Assembly: GCA_902783915.1 (NCBI GenBank)
Contig: CACZSX010000030.1
Span: forward strand, 1-35,687
Length of the DNA stretch: 35,687 nucleotides
Source of the DNA: an uncultured Erysipelotrichaceae bacterium
Lineage (GTDB): Bacteria; Bacillota_I; Bacilli_A; RF39; UBA660
Direction: 5' to 3'
Shown here: in pieces, positions 25,482-34,733 of the stretch
Numbering within the stretch: the first letter of the stretch is position 1
How the letters are laid out: each line of letters starts with the position of its first letter
Notes under the pieces: model-generated
What the model saw: the letters and a program-made list of their open reading frames with translations, nothing else
The model's database searches: none
What the model was told of the DNA's origin: nothing
Position numbers and translations under genes: made by a program

Positions 25482-26470
25482 TCTTTTAATGTCTCCAACA
25501 TTACAGCTTTAATTGTATGTAATCTATTTTCTGCTTCTTCAAATACTCTTGATTTAGAAGATTCAAATACTTCATCAGTAACTTCCATTTCAGTAATACC
25601 AAATTTATCATATATTTCTTTACCAATTTTAGTATCTATATTATGAAATGATGGCAAGCAATGTAAGAATATTGCATTTTTATTTGCATTATCCATTACT
25701 TTTTTATTAACTTGATATGGTTGTAATAATTTAATTCTATTTTCCCATAATTCCATTGGTTCACCCATTGAAACCCATACATCAGTATATAACACATCCA
25801 CATCTTTAGTAGCTTTCATTATATCTTCTTCTAATCTTATAGTACCACCTGTCTCATTACAAATATTTTTACAAATACTAACTAATTCTTCATTAGGAAA
25901 CAATTCTTTTGGTGCAGCACATACAAAATTCATACCCAACTTTGAACATACTACCATAAGAGAATTACCAACATTATTTCTTGCATCTCCGCAAAAACAT
26001 AATGTAATACCTTTCAATTTTCCAAATTCTTCTTTAATAGTCATTACATCCGCTAACATCTGAGTTGGATGAAATTCATTAGTAAGACCATTCCACACAG
26101 GGACAGATGAGTATTTTGCTAAATCTTCTACTATTGTTTGATCAAATCCTCTATATTCAATTCCATCATATATTCTGCATAATACTCTTGCCGTATCAGC
26201 AATTGTTTCTTTTTTACCAAGTTGTGAACCAGTAGGTCCAATATAAGTTGCTTGCATGCCTAAATCTACTGCACCTGCTTCAAAAGAGCATCTTGTTCTT
26301 GTAGAATCTTTTTCAAATATTAATGCTACCTGCTTACCTTTTAAATATCTATGTGATTCATGGTTCCTTTTTTGTTTCTTTAATGTACTAGATACAGTTA
26401 ACAAATGATTTATTTCTTTTGGAGTAAAATCTAATAATTTTAAGAAATCTCTACCTCTTAAATCTACCAT
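25478..26470 (-). CDS. arcB: ornithine carbamoyltransferase (catabolic)
   Basis: [17 protein letters not shown] and HCLPSFH motifs. It lies between arcA and arcC. Confidence 0.9.
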   Translation of the reverse strand: MVDLRGRDFLKLLDFTPKEINHLLTVSSTLKKQKRNHESHRYLKGKQVALIFEKDSTRTRCSFEAGAVDLGMQATYIGPTGSQLGKKETIADTARVLCRIYDGIEYRGFDQTIVEDLAKYSSVPVWNGLTNEFHPTQMLADVMTIKEEFGKLKGITLCFCGDARNNVGNSLMVVCSKLGMNFVCAAPKELFPNEELVSICKNICNETGGTIRLEEDIMKATKDVDVLYTDVWVSMGEPMELWENRIKLLQPYQVNKKVMDNANKNAIFLHCLPSFHNIDTKIGKEIYDKFGITEMEVTDEVFESSKSRVFEEAENRLHTIKAVMLETLKE

Positions 26471-27708
26471 TCTACATCCTCCCTAACTAAAGGCATACTC
26501 ATACATCTAGGTCCACCTCTACCACGTGATAATTCAGCACCATGTATTTCTATTACCTTAATTCCTTCTTTTCTTAATACATCATTTGTTACATTATTTC
26601 TATCATATACAACTACTACACCTGGAGCAATACATAATGTATTAGAGCCATCATTCCATTGTTCTCTTTCTGCAGCTACTTTATCACCACCTGCACATGG
26701 GATTAATTTTACTGGATGATTTAAATATTTTTCTAATATCTTATCTAATGGTGCATTTATTTCTTTTACATTTAAATCTTCAAATGTATTTGGATCAAAT
26801 CCTTCAGTTATTTCAAATACTTGTAGAGTTCCCATAATACCAGGATGATATGTAAATGTATATTTATCTATTTGAGTAAATACTGTATCCAAATGCATAA
26901 ATGCTCTAGATGAAGGTATATTAAATGCTAAAATAGTATCTATCTTACATGCAGGATCTTTAAAATAATTTTTTGCTAATTGATCTATTGCTTCAGGTTG
27001 TGTCCTTTGACTTATACCAATAGCAACGGTATGCTCATTTATATTTAATAAATCTCCTCCCTCAGTATGCCAATCATAATTTCTATTATAATAGAATATT
27101 GTATTTTTATATTCTGGATGATACTTAAATACATATTCTGCATATATTGTTTCTCTATTTCTAGTAACAGAATACATTCTATGTAAATCTATTCCATCAC
27201 CAACACTAGCAAAATTATCTCTTGTAAAATATAAATTTGGCATCGGGTCAGCTATAAACTCATCCGGATTATTAATCATATCAACAAGAGTTTTTTCAAC
27301 TTCTCTTTCTTTTTTTGGAATGTCTCCAACTTGAATACCTTCCATAGTTTTTAATACCAAATCCTTTGGATTTTTAAAACTATCTAAATATTCTTTAACT
27401 AGTGTTCTATACTTAATAGTATTTATACCAGCTTCATCCATAAATTGATTAACAAACTTTTCTCTTATATCTTTATTAGATAAAACGTCAGCTACTAAAT
27501 CCTCTAAATATACAACCTCTACACCATTATCAGTCAATGCTTTAGCAAAAAGATCATGTTCCTTTTGAGCATCTGGTAAATATGGTATATCATCAAATAA
27601 AAGTCTCTCTAGTGTATCTGGTGTTAAATTTAATAATTCATTGCCAGGTCTATGTAACAAAACTTTCTTTAATTTTCCAATTTCACTTGTAACGTGAATA
27701 CTACCCAT
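26464..27708 (-). CDS. arcA: arginine deiminase
   Basis: N-terminal [17 protein letters not shown] and C-terminal [12 protein letters not shown] (catalytic Cys) are typical ADI signatures. AGGAGGAA RBS. Confidence 0.9.
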   Translation of the reverse strand: MGSIHVTSEIGKLKKVLLHRPGNELLNLTPDTLERLLFDDIPYLPDAQKEHDLFAKALTDNGVEVVYLEDLVADVLSNKDIREKFVNQFMDEAGINTIKYRTLVKEYLDSFKNPKDLVLKTMEGIQVGDIPKKEREVEKTLVDMINNPDEFIADPMPNLYFTRDNFASVGDGIDLHRMYSVTRNRETIYAEYVFKYHPEYKNTIFYYNRNYDWHTEGGDLLNINEHTVAIGISQRTQPEAIDQLAKNYFKDPACKIDTILAFNIPSSRAFMHLDTVFTQIDKYTFTYHPGIMGTLQVFEITEGFDPNTFEDLNVKEINAPLDKILEKYLNHPVKLIPCAGGDKVAAEREQWNDGSNTLCIAPGVVVVYDRNNVTNDVLRKEGIKVIEIHGAELSRGRGGPRCMSMPLVREDVEW

Positions 27709-27765
27709 TTCTATTCCTCCTATTATAATTGTATTATATCACTTATATTAATTAAAATAAATAAA

Positions 27766-27785
27766 AATGACTATATTTAGTCATT
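27766..27785 (-). terminator. rho-independent terminator upstream of arcA
   Basis: Minus strand has AATGACTA-AATA-TAGTCATT followed by TTTTATTTATTTT. The hairpin overlaps the stop codon of the Cys-repeat protein gene. Confidence 0.6.
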
Positions 27786-29144
27786 TTGTTTTGCTTTTAT
27801 TATTTCATAAGTAATACACATATTACCTTCTAATATACTATTATCACTACATACATATCCATCTTGTTTTTCAATAGTATTATTCATATTTATACATCTA
27901 TCATTGTTTACTAATGTATATCCATCTTTACAATATCTTTCATGTAATACATCTTGAATATGTTCTTTTATACATTTTTTATCTTCCAATTTAAAACCAT
28001 CACTACATTTATAACCTTTTATTTCAGGCTCAGTATATGTAAATGTATCTGGGCATAAAGAAACATATGTGTCCTTAGACTTTTCATATATATTACCATC
28101 TGGACATACATATTGATCATATGTATCTTTTGAATAACACCAGCCATTTACTACTACATCACTACCTGGACATCCTCCATTAATAAGAGGTGCTGGTCCA
28201 TTATAACATACTCCACCAATCATTATATGACCACTATTAGTTAAACATCTTAATGTAGGTGCTTTACCTGTAGATTTATCAATGCAGTAATATTTATCAT
28301 TATCTTTTGAACCGATAGGATTTACATCCCCCTTTTTCATTAATTCACCAGTAGTACATTTATATTCTATTTCACTATCTATAGTTTCAGTAAGTACACA
28401 TTTGTCTTCTTTTAAACTAAAAGCATCAACGCATATAGATTCTTCTTTTTCTTCTATGCCTACTTCTTCATAACATATACCTTCATATTCATAATAACCA
28501 CGTGGACATACATTACCCTTTGATGCAGGTTCTTTACTAATTTCTTTAAAACATTCATTACCTCTTAATGTATATCCGGAATCACAATAATTACCTGTCT
28601 CTTTAATATTATCTAATTCTCTAACATCTTTTTCTATTAAATTTTCAGTAGATATATCTTCATTTTCTTTCTTTATCTCATTAACATATGCTGCTTTAGC
28701 AGGACTTATATTATATTTTTTTGCAAGTTTTTCATCTTCCTTACTTATATTTTCAATCACAATAACATTAGTAGCAATTTCTTTTTCGGTAAATTTTTTA
28801 TTTACAATATCTTTTACCTTTTCATTATTAACACTGTCACTACTATGTACAAGTATTGTTACTTCATCTTCTTTAGCGTACCCTTTTTCAACTACATTAT
28901 CTGCAATTACAGTTACTACTTCATCAAGTTTCATATTATTAAATTTAAAATCAACAATTTCTTTAGCATCTTCATTTAATGCTGTTACACTTTTTACTTC
29001 ATCTTTTTTATTTATTTTAAGTTCAATACTTGGATTTATATCCAAAGTAATTGTAGATAACTTCTCACCAAAAATAGTAAATCTTAGAACTAATAAAATA
29101 ACTACTAATACTACTGCACCTATAATTAATATTTTCTTTTTCAT
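27777..29144 (-). CDS. membrane-anchored extracytoplasmic protein with a C-terminal cysteine-pair repeat domain
   Basis: N-terminal signal-anchor (ILIIGAVVLVVILLVL). The juxtamembrane domain begins ITLDINPSIELKINKKDEVKSVTALNEDAKEIV, which resembles the post-TM domain of RsgI-like proteins (from memory). The C-terminal ~265 aa contains 20 Cys arranged as 10 pairs. Confidence 0.8.
   Translation of the reverse strand: MKKKILIIGAVVLVVILLVLRFTIFGEKLSTITLDINPSIELKINKKDEVKSVTALNEDAKEIVDFKFNNMKLDEVVTVIADNVVEKGYAKEDEVTILVHSSDSVNNEKVKDIVNKKFTEKEIATNVIVIENISKEDEKLAKKYNISPAKAAYVNEIKKENEDISTENLIEKDVRELDNIKETGNYCDSGYTLRGNECFKEISKEPASKGNVCPRGYYEYEGICYEEVGIEEKEESICVDAFSLKEDKCVLTETIDSEIEYKCTTGELMKKGDVNPIGSKDNDKYYCIDKSTGKAPTLRCLTNSGHIMIGGVCYNGPAPLINGGCPGSDVVVNGWCYSKDTYDQYVCPDGNIYEKSKDTYVSLCPDTFTYTEPEIKGYKCSDGFKLEDKKCIKEHIQDVLHERYCKDGYTLVNNDRCINMNNTIEKQDGYVCSDNSILEGNMCITYEIIKAKQND
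27803..28583 (-). repeat. protein-level repeat: ten Cys-pair units, mostly C-x(2)-G-[YF]-x-[LY]-x(4-5)-C (C-x10-C)
   Basis: Units read off the translation: CDSGYTLRGNEC, CPRGYYEYEGIC, CVDAFSLKEDKC, CTTGE...YYC, CLTNSGHIMIGGVC, CPGSDVVVNGWC, CPDGNIYEKSKDTYVSLC, CSDGFKLEDKKC, CKDGYTLVNNDRC, CSDNSILEGNMC. Confidence 0.7.
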
Positions 29145-29161
29145 ATATCCTCCTACTTTAA

Positions 29162-29953
29162 TTATATCAATTCTTTTTTATTATATCTAATATATGTACC
29201 AGTTATAAATATAATAGATATTAATAAACTTATAATTATATTAATTGGATTAATAGAAATATTTGATATAACATTTCTAGTGTCTGCTAATGTATAAATA
29301 CTAAAATATTTAATAAATTCTACATTAGATGATAATTCAGATAATACACTAAATAAATAAAATATAAATACCATACCTAAACTTATACCAACTATTCCTT
29401 TAGTTTTATGTAAAAATGTTGATATAAATAAATTAATTGCAAATAATGGTAATCCAATAAATATTGGTGTAATACTTAATAATATAAATTGTTTGTGTTC
29501 AAAAGAACAACTTAATGATAAACCAATATAATTAAATATTCCTAATATTAGTACCATTGATAATATATAAAGAATACTTACTAATATTTTATTAGTTATT
29601 ATCTTTGATCTTTTTATAGGTAATGATCCTAAATACTCTATAGTTTTATCATTTTCTTCTTTAAGTAATATATTTCCACCTAATATAGAAGAATAAAAAC
29701 CTACAATTAATAATATAAACATAAATCCTTCAGTTTTAAACCATCCATATGATGTTTCAATTGAAGACATATCCATATTAAATGCCTTTAATACTTCTTC
29801 TGGAAAGACTTTCATAAGTTCATCCATACTTTTCATAGTTTCATCTGTAATAATATATGGATATATTAAATAAACAAATAAAAACATAACTATTAAAATA
29901 GATAACCAAATTATAAAACTTTTTAAATTTACTTTAAATTCTCTTTTTATCAT
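29162..29953 (-). CDS. ABC-2 type transporter permease
   Basis: 263 aa with six predicted TM helices. It lies immediately downstream of an ABC ATPase, with the typical ABC-2 exporter layout. Confidence 0.7.
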   Translation of the reverse strand: MIKREFKVNLKSFIIWLSILIVMFLFVYLIYPYIITDETMKSMDELMKVFPEEVLKAFNMDMSSIETSYGWFKTEGFMFILLIVGFYSSILGGNILLKEENDKTIEYLGSLPIKRSKIITNKILVSILYILSMVLILGIFNYIGLSLSCSFEHKQFILLSITPIFIGLPLFAINLFISTFLHKTKGIVGISLGMVFIFYLFSVLSELSSNVEFIKYFSIYTLADTRNVISNISINPINIIISLLISIIFITGTYIRYNKKELI

Positions 29954-29961
29954 ATAATCAC

Positions 29962-30831
29962 CTACTTATAATAATTCATAAATAAATCTTCTAATGGTAT
30001 TTCTTCTATTAATAAATGTTCAATATTGTATTTACTTAATTTATTTATTAATGTATTAAAATCCATATTATTAATAAATACTATCTCATTATTAGATTCC
30101 TTATATATTTTTAATTTTAAATCTTTTTTAATCTTATTTATATCTTTAGATATAATTTTTAAATATGTATAATTTTCTTTTCTAATACTCTCAATAGAGT
30201 CTTCTTTAATAATCTTCCCATCTTTAATAAAACCAACCTTATCACAAATATTTGATACTTCACTTAACACATGTGATGAATATAATATTGTTGTACCTTT
30301 TTCTTTTTCTTTTAATAATAGTTCATGAAAAATATTCTGCATTATTGGATCAAGACCACTAGTAGGTTCATCAAGTATTAATATTTCTGGTTCATGCATT
30401 AGTGCAAGTACTATACCTACTTTTTTTAAATTACCCAATGATAAATCTTCTATTTTTTTATTTACATCTATTTTTAATAATTTTACCAATTCTTTTTTTC
30501 TCTTATCAAAATCTTCATTATAAAATGATTCATGATAATTAAATAATTCTTTAACTGTCATATCACCATATAAATTTATTTCACTAGGTAAATAACCTAT
30601 TTTCTTTTTTATATTTCCATCATTAGAATCTAATTCTTCACCATTAAAATAAATATTACCACTAGTCTTATTAATCAAACCCATAATAGTTCTTATAGTA
30701 GTAGATTTACCAGCACCATTAGGTCCAATAAAGCCATATATATCACCTTTATTTAATTTTAATGATACATCTTCTATTCCTCTATTATTTCCATAATATT
30801 TTTTTAAATGTTTAAGTTCTATAATACTCAT
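29962..30831 (-). CDS. ABC transporter ATP-binding protein (ABC-2 exporter type)
   Basis: Walker A GPNGAGKST, signature LSLGNLKKVGI (degenerate LSGG), Walker B LILDEPTSGLD, plus a C-terminal accessory domain. Confidence 0.85.
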   Translation of the reverse strand: MSIIELKHLKKYYGNNRGIEDVSLKLNKGDIYGFIGPNGAGKSTTIRTIMGLINKTSGNIYFNGEELDSNDGNIKKKIGYLPSEINLYGDMTVKELFNYHESFYNEDFDKRKKELVKLLKIDVNKKIEDLSLGNLKKVGIVLALMHEPEILILDEPTSGLDPIMQNIFHELLLKEKEKGTTILYSSHVLSEVSNICDKVGFIKDGKIIKEDSIESIRKENYTYLKIISKDINKIKKDLKLKIYKESNNEIVFINNMDFNTLINKLSKYNIEHLLIEEIPLEDLFMNYYK

Positions 30832-30862
30832 ATTATCACCTATTAAAATTATATCATAAAAA

Positions 30863-30884
30863 AGATTAAGTATTAACTTAATCT
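30863..30884 (-). terminator. rho-independent terminator between the two ABC modules
   Basis: Minus strand has AGATTAAG-TTAATA-CTTAATCT followed by TTTTTTATGATATAAT. The T-run runs into a candidate -10 (GATATAAT) for the downstream ATPase gene. Confidence 0.55.
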
Positions 30885-32502
30885 ATACTGATAACTTATT
30901 AAATCTTTTAGTGCCTTTATTAATTAAACATAAATATAAAATAATATCTATAATTATGTATACTATTACTTCAATAATTAATAATAAAATAGAACTTATA
31001 TGATTAATTGCTGCATATATAATTCCAATATTTATTATAGCAAATATTATACCTAACATAACTGATACTAAGGAACTTGTACTTTGCTTTACTATTTCAG
31101 TAGCATTATCAGCATCTAATTTAGGATATCTCAAATTAACTAATATACCTATAAAATGAGATACTAATGGTACTAATACTAATAATAATAACAATAATAT
31201 TGACTCAATAATACTTATTTTAAATTTAATAAATAATATTATATTTCCAATTAATAATATTGGAGTTGTTATTATTAAACATGCATATATTTTAGACATT
31301 AATATTGTTTCTACTTTAACTGGTAATGATTTAAGTATATTAATACTTCTTCCTTCTAAACTAATTACTGAATTAGTAATAGAAGTCATATATCCAGTAA
31401 TTAATATTAATGCTAATATTAATATTGATAAATTATTCATTATTAAATCTTTAGATATACCAAGACCTGTTTCTTTATTAGTAACAAATGGTATTAAACT
31501 ATCAAATTTAAATACTAATGCAAATACAAATATCATAAACATTATAAGTCCAAATCCAGAATTAACTATAAATACTGGTGTTTTAAAAAATGTATTTAAT
31601 TCTTTTTTTACTAATGATTTAGTCTTAGATTTAGATCTAATTGTTAAATTACTTACATTTACTTTATTAGTTGTTCCAACACTTTTTAATCTAGAATTAA
31701 TTTTAAAATAGAATTTACTTAATACATAGATAGATATTATACATAATATAATATTAACTAAGATATATATTAATAAATCAATAATATTAAACTCAGCAAT
31801 TAATTTAACATATACTCCAGCAGGATAATATATTTTTGTTATTAAATCATTTAAACTAGTTGCATTCTTTGCTAAATGTTTAATAAAGTCACTCATTTTA
31901 AATGAAAGAGCAAATATAAATAATAAAAGTACAATAGCTGTTATTATTTCAACTAAATTTTTATATTTAAATTTACTAGATAAACTGGATGTAATGGCGC
32001 CTATAAAACATGATATTATAATTGGTATTATTGGTAATGTTAGTAACATAATAATACTTAATATAATGTATGTTACACTTATTGATTTTATAAAAATTAC
32101 ATATACTACCATAGCTGGCAACATAAATATTGAATTAAATAATAATTCAAATATATAAAATTTAAATATTCTAACAAATAAAACTGTTCTTCTTTTTATC
32201 GGTAAAGATAACAATAAGTTATCATCTTTACAATTAAATATCAATGAACTTGCTTTATATACTCCTTCTGTAAGTGTTATAAAAAATGTACCAAATATGA
32301 ATAATGATAATATAATATATTCCAAGTGTAGAGGTGCTAGTTTTTCAAACATTTGGTATGAACTAGCGCCTATTGTAAACATTAAATATATTGCTAAAAT
32401 TATTGGAAGTAATATTGAAAACTTTTTATTTTTTGTTTTTATTTTAAAAAGATTCATATCACTAGTCATACAAGCTTTTATTAGTGAAATTAACTTTTTC
32501 AT
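30883..32502 (-). CDS. large polytopic ABC exporter permease-like membrane protein
   Basis: 539 aa with at least 10 hydrophobic helices. The start overlaps the stop of the upstream ABC ATPase gene by 1 nt. Confidence 0.65.
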   Translation of the reverse strand: MKKLISLIKACMTSDMNLFKIKTKNKKFSILLPIILAIYLMFTIGASSYQMFEKLAPLHLEYIILSLFIFGTFFITLTEGVYKASSLIFNCKDDNLLLSLPIKRRTVLFVRIFKFYIFELLFNSIFMLPAMVVYVIFIKSISVTYIILSIIMLLTLPIIPIIISCFIGAITSSLSSKFKYKNLVEIITAIVLLLFIFALSFKMSDFIKHLAKNATSLNDLITKIYYPAGVYVKLIAEFNIIDLLIYILVNIILCIISIYVLSKFYFKINSRLKSVGTTNKVNVSNLTIRSKSKTKSLVKKELNTFFKTPVFIVNSGFGLIMFMIFVFALVFKFDSLIPFVTNKETGLGISKDLIMNNLSILILALILITGYMTSITNSVISLEGRSINILKSLPVKVETILMSKIYACLIITTPILLIGNIILFIKFKISIIESILLLLLLVLVPLVSHFIGILVNLRYPKLDADNATEIVKQSTSSLVSVMLGIIFAIINIGIIYAAINHISSILLLIIEVIVYIIIDIILYLCLINKGTKRFNKLSV

Positions 32503-33206
32503 TATTTTTCCAACTCCATAAATACTTTTTCCAAAGATTTATCGCCTTTAATCTTTTTCATATCACCACTTTTAACTAATTTACCATTTTTTATAATAGC
32601 TACTTTAGAACATAGTTTTTCAGCAACATCTAATATGTGAGTTGAATAAAATACTATTTTCTTTTCTTTAATCATTTCATTTAATACTTCTTTAATATCA
32701 AATACTGCTTTTGGATCTAATCCTACAAATGGTTCATCCATAATAAGAATTCTTGGATTATGACATAATGCAGATATTAATACTATCTTTTGTTTCATAC
32801 CATGAGAATAACTCTCAATAGTATCAGTTAATTTATCTTCCATATCAAATAATTTTGAATATTTTTTAATATTCCTTTCTCTAGTTTCTGTATCTATATC
32901 ATACATATCACATATAAAATTAATATAATCTATTGCCCTCATATGTTCATATGTTTCTGGACTATCTGGTACGAATGCCATTAGTTTTTTACATTCAACA
33001 GGATTATCTTTAATAGACATACCATCTATTAATATATCTCCAGAATCAAAATCATGTATACCTACCATTGATTTAATTAATGTAGTTTTACCCGCACCAT
33101 TATGACCAATAAATGCGAATATTTCACCATCTTCTACATTAAAAGATACATTATCTACTGCTAGTTTATCACCATATTTTTTTGTTACATTTTTTATTTC
33201 TATCAT
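32502..33206 (-). CDS. ABC transporter ATP-binding protein
   Basis: Walker A GHNGAGKTT, signature YSHGMKQKIVL, Walker B LIMDEPFVGLD. Confidence 0.85.
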   Translation of the reverse strand: MIEIKNVTKKYGDKLAVDNVSFNVEDGEIFAFIGHNGAGKTTLIKSMVGIHDFDSGDILIDGMSIKDNPVECKKLMAFVPDSPETYEHMRAIDYINFICDMYDIDTETRERNIKKYSKLFDMEDKLTDTIESYSHGMKQKIVLISALCHNPRILIMDEPFVGLDPKAVFDIKEVLNEMIKEKKIVFYSTHILDVAEKLCSKVAIIKNGKLVKSGDMKKIKGDKSLEKVFMELEK

Positions 33207-33207
33207 A

Positions 33208-33633
33208 TTATTCTCCTTTCAATTTATTTAGTTCAATCCACACTAATGGAGATACATCACTTTCTTTTAATTTATTTATATCATACCAATTAGCTCCTAA
33301 TGAATCATAACCATCAAAATCAGATTTTAAATTGTTTCCTTTTAAAGTTACTGTATAAAATATTCCTATATGATGCATATTCTCTTCTATATCATTATGA
33401 ACCCAATTTACAACAATAGATTCAGAATCAAATAATTTATAATCTTTTATATCAACATTTAATTCTTCTTTTATTTCTCTTTTTAATGTTTCTTCCGGTC
33501 TTTCACCATGTTCAAAACTACCACCTGGTAGATCTAATTTACCAGTATATGCACCTCTTGATTTTAAAACTAATGCTATTTTATTATCTTTAATTATTAA
33601 ACCATATACCCCTAAATGCCTAGTTTCTTTCAT
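33208..33633 (-). CDS. Nudix hydrolase
   Basis: Nudix box GGSFEHGERPEETLKREIKEELNV. Its stop lies 1 nt from the start of the ABC ATPase gene. Confidence 0.85.
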   Translation of the reverse strand: MKETRHLGVYGLIIKDNKIALVLKSRGAYTGKLDLPGGSFEHGERPEETLKREIKEELNVDIKDYKLFDSESIVVNWVHNDIEENMHHIGIFYTVTLKGNNLKSDFDGYDSLGANWYDINKLKESDVSPLVWIELNKLKGE

Positions 33634-33664
33634 ACTCTCACCTATAAATATTATAGCATAAAAA

Positions 33665-33684
33665 AAGACTATAATAATAGTCTT
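33665..33684 (-). terminator. rho-independent terminator followed by the promoter of the Nudix-ABC operon
   Basis: Minus strand has AAGACTAT-TATT-ATAGTCTT, then TTTTTTA, then TGCTATAAT (extended -10), then AGGTGAG SD and ATG 33633. Confidence 0.65.
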
Positions 33685-33696
33685 TCATTAGTTATA

Positions 33697-33972
33697 TTAA
33701 TCAACAACTTTTTTATTTTTTGTCATTATAGCAAATATAATAACTACTATAAGTGCACTAATTTCAATTAATAATGCTTTAAGTAAAGTGTCACTTATAT
33801 TGTTTTTTTCTAAACGATTTACATTTACACTAGAGTCATTAAATGTAATTTCTTCTCCACCAGTATAACTATTTATATTTGTATATAATCCATTAGTTTC
33901 TTCACCATCAATAGTTCCACCTGTATATATTTTATAGGATTTATAATCTAAATTGCTACTACTATATACCAT
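33697..33972 (-). CDS. small protein with C-terminal TM anchor, 91 aa from the first in-frame ATG
   Basis: ORF with C-terminal helix LLIEISALIVVIIFAIM. The reading frame stays open for 30 more codons upstream (to 34062) without a canonical start. See the finding on the out-of-frame SD-ATG. Confidence 0.45.
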   Translation of the reverse strand: MVYSSSNLDYKSYKIYTGGTIDGEETNGLYTNINSYTGGEEITFNDSSVNVNRLEKNNISDTLLKALLIEISALIVVIIFAIMTKNKKVVD

Positions 33973-34105
33973 ATTTTGAATATCTCTACTTGTTTTAAAA
34001 GCAGTTATTATATTATCATTTTGATCTTTAATTACAATTAATGTATCTGCATTTAATTCACCTCAAATATAATTATTAATTTAAATATTAAATAAACATT
34101 AAATA

Positions 34106-34588
34106 TTATAATTTTTTTATAGTAGTAAGCATTCTAGGATGATATCCTTGTTTAAAATAAAACTTTAAGGCCATATCATTATATCCAAATACATCTACCA
34201 ATATATATTCACATTTCATTAATTTAAAATATTCTTCCATCTTACTTATTAATGCTTGACCTACTCCATTACTTCTTATTTTAGAAGTTACAACCAATTC
34301 AGTAATTACACCTCTTTTTGGACATTTATAATCCAAATAATCATATTCATTATACTGTGAAATAGTTCCCATTATTAAACCTACTATTTTGTTATCACTA
34401 ACTGCCAAATAACACTTCCCATTATTTTCTTTGACATCCTTTAAATCAACTAATGCCATTTTATCTCTATATTCTGGATGTAAATGATCTAAATGATCCA
34501 TATCAATAGATATTATATATTCCTCTAATTCAACCAATAAATCTCTAACATCTTCTAAATATTTATCTTCATATTCAATTATATTCAT
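34106..34588 (-). CDS. GNAT-family N-acetyltransferase
   Basis: Motif A-like VVTSKIRSNGVGQALISKMEEY (R-x-x-G-x-G). 160 aa. Confidence 0.75.
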   Translation of the reverse strand: MNIIEYEDKYLEDVRDLLVELEEYIISIDMDHLDHLHPEYRDKMALVDLKDVKENNGKCYLAVSDNKIVGLIMGTISQYNEYDYLDYKCPKRGVITELVVTSKIRSNGVGQALISKMEEYFKLMKCEYILVDVFGYNDMALKFYFKQGYHPRMLTTIKKL

Positions 34589-34614
34589 AATATCACCACT
34601 TTAATTATACTAAA

Positions 34615-34636
34615 AAGACTAGTTTTACCTAGTCTT
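34615..34636 (-). terminator. rho-independent terminator downstream of the lipoprotein gene
   Basis: Minus strand has AAGACTAG-GTAAAA-CTAGTCTT followed by TTTTAGTATAAT. A candidate -10 for the GNAT gene follows. Confidence 0.55.
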
Positions 34637-34733
34637 AATTATATAATCATTTTTTTAAGTATAGTTTTTTAATACATTATTTACACATAATACATACATT
34701 TATTTACTACCTTTTAATCTTTTTATCAATATT

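Noticed and set aside
25478-26470. Putrescine carbamoyltransferase (agmatine deiminase pathway) as an alternative to ornithine carbamoyltransferase
   Set aside because: The gene is flanked by arginine deiminase (not agmatine deiminase) and carbamate kinase. It carries standard OTC motifs ([21 protein letters not shown]).
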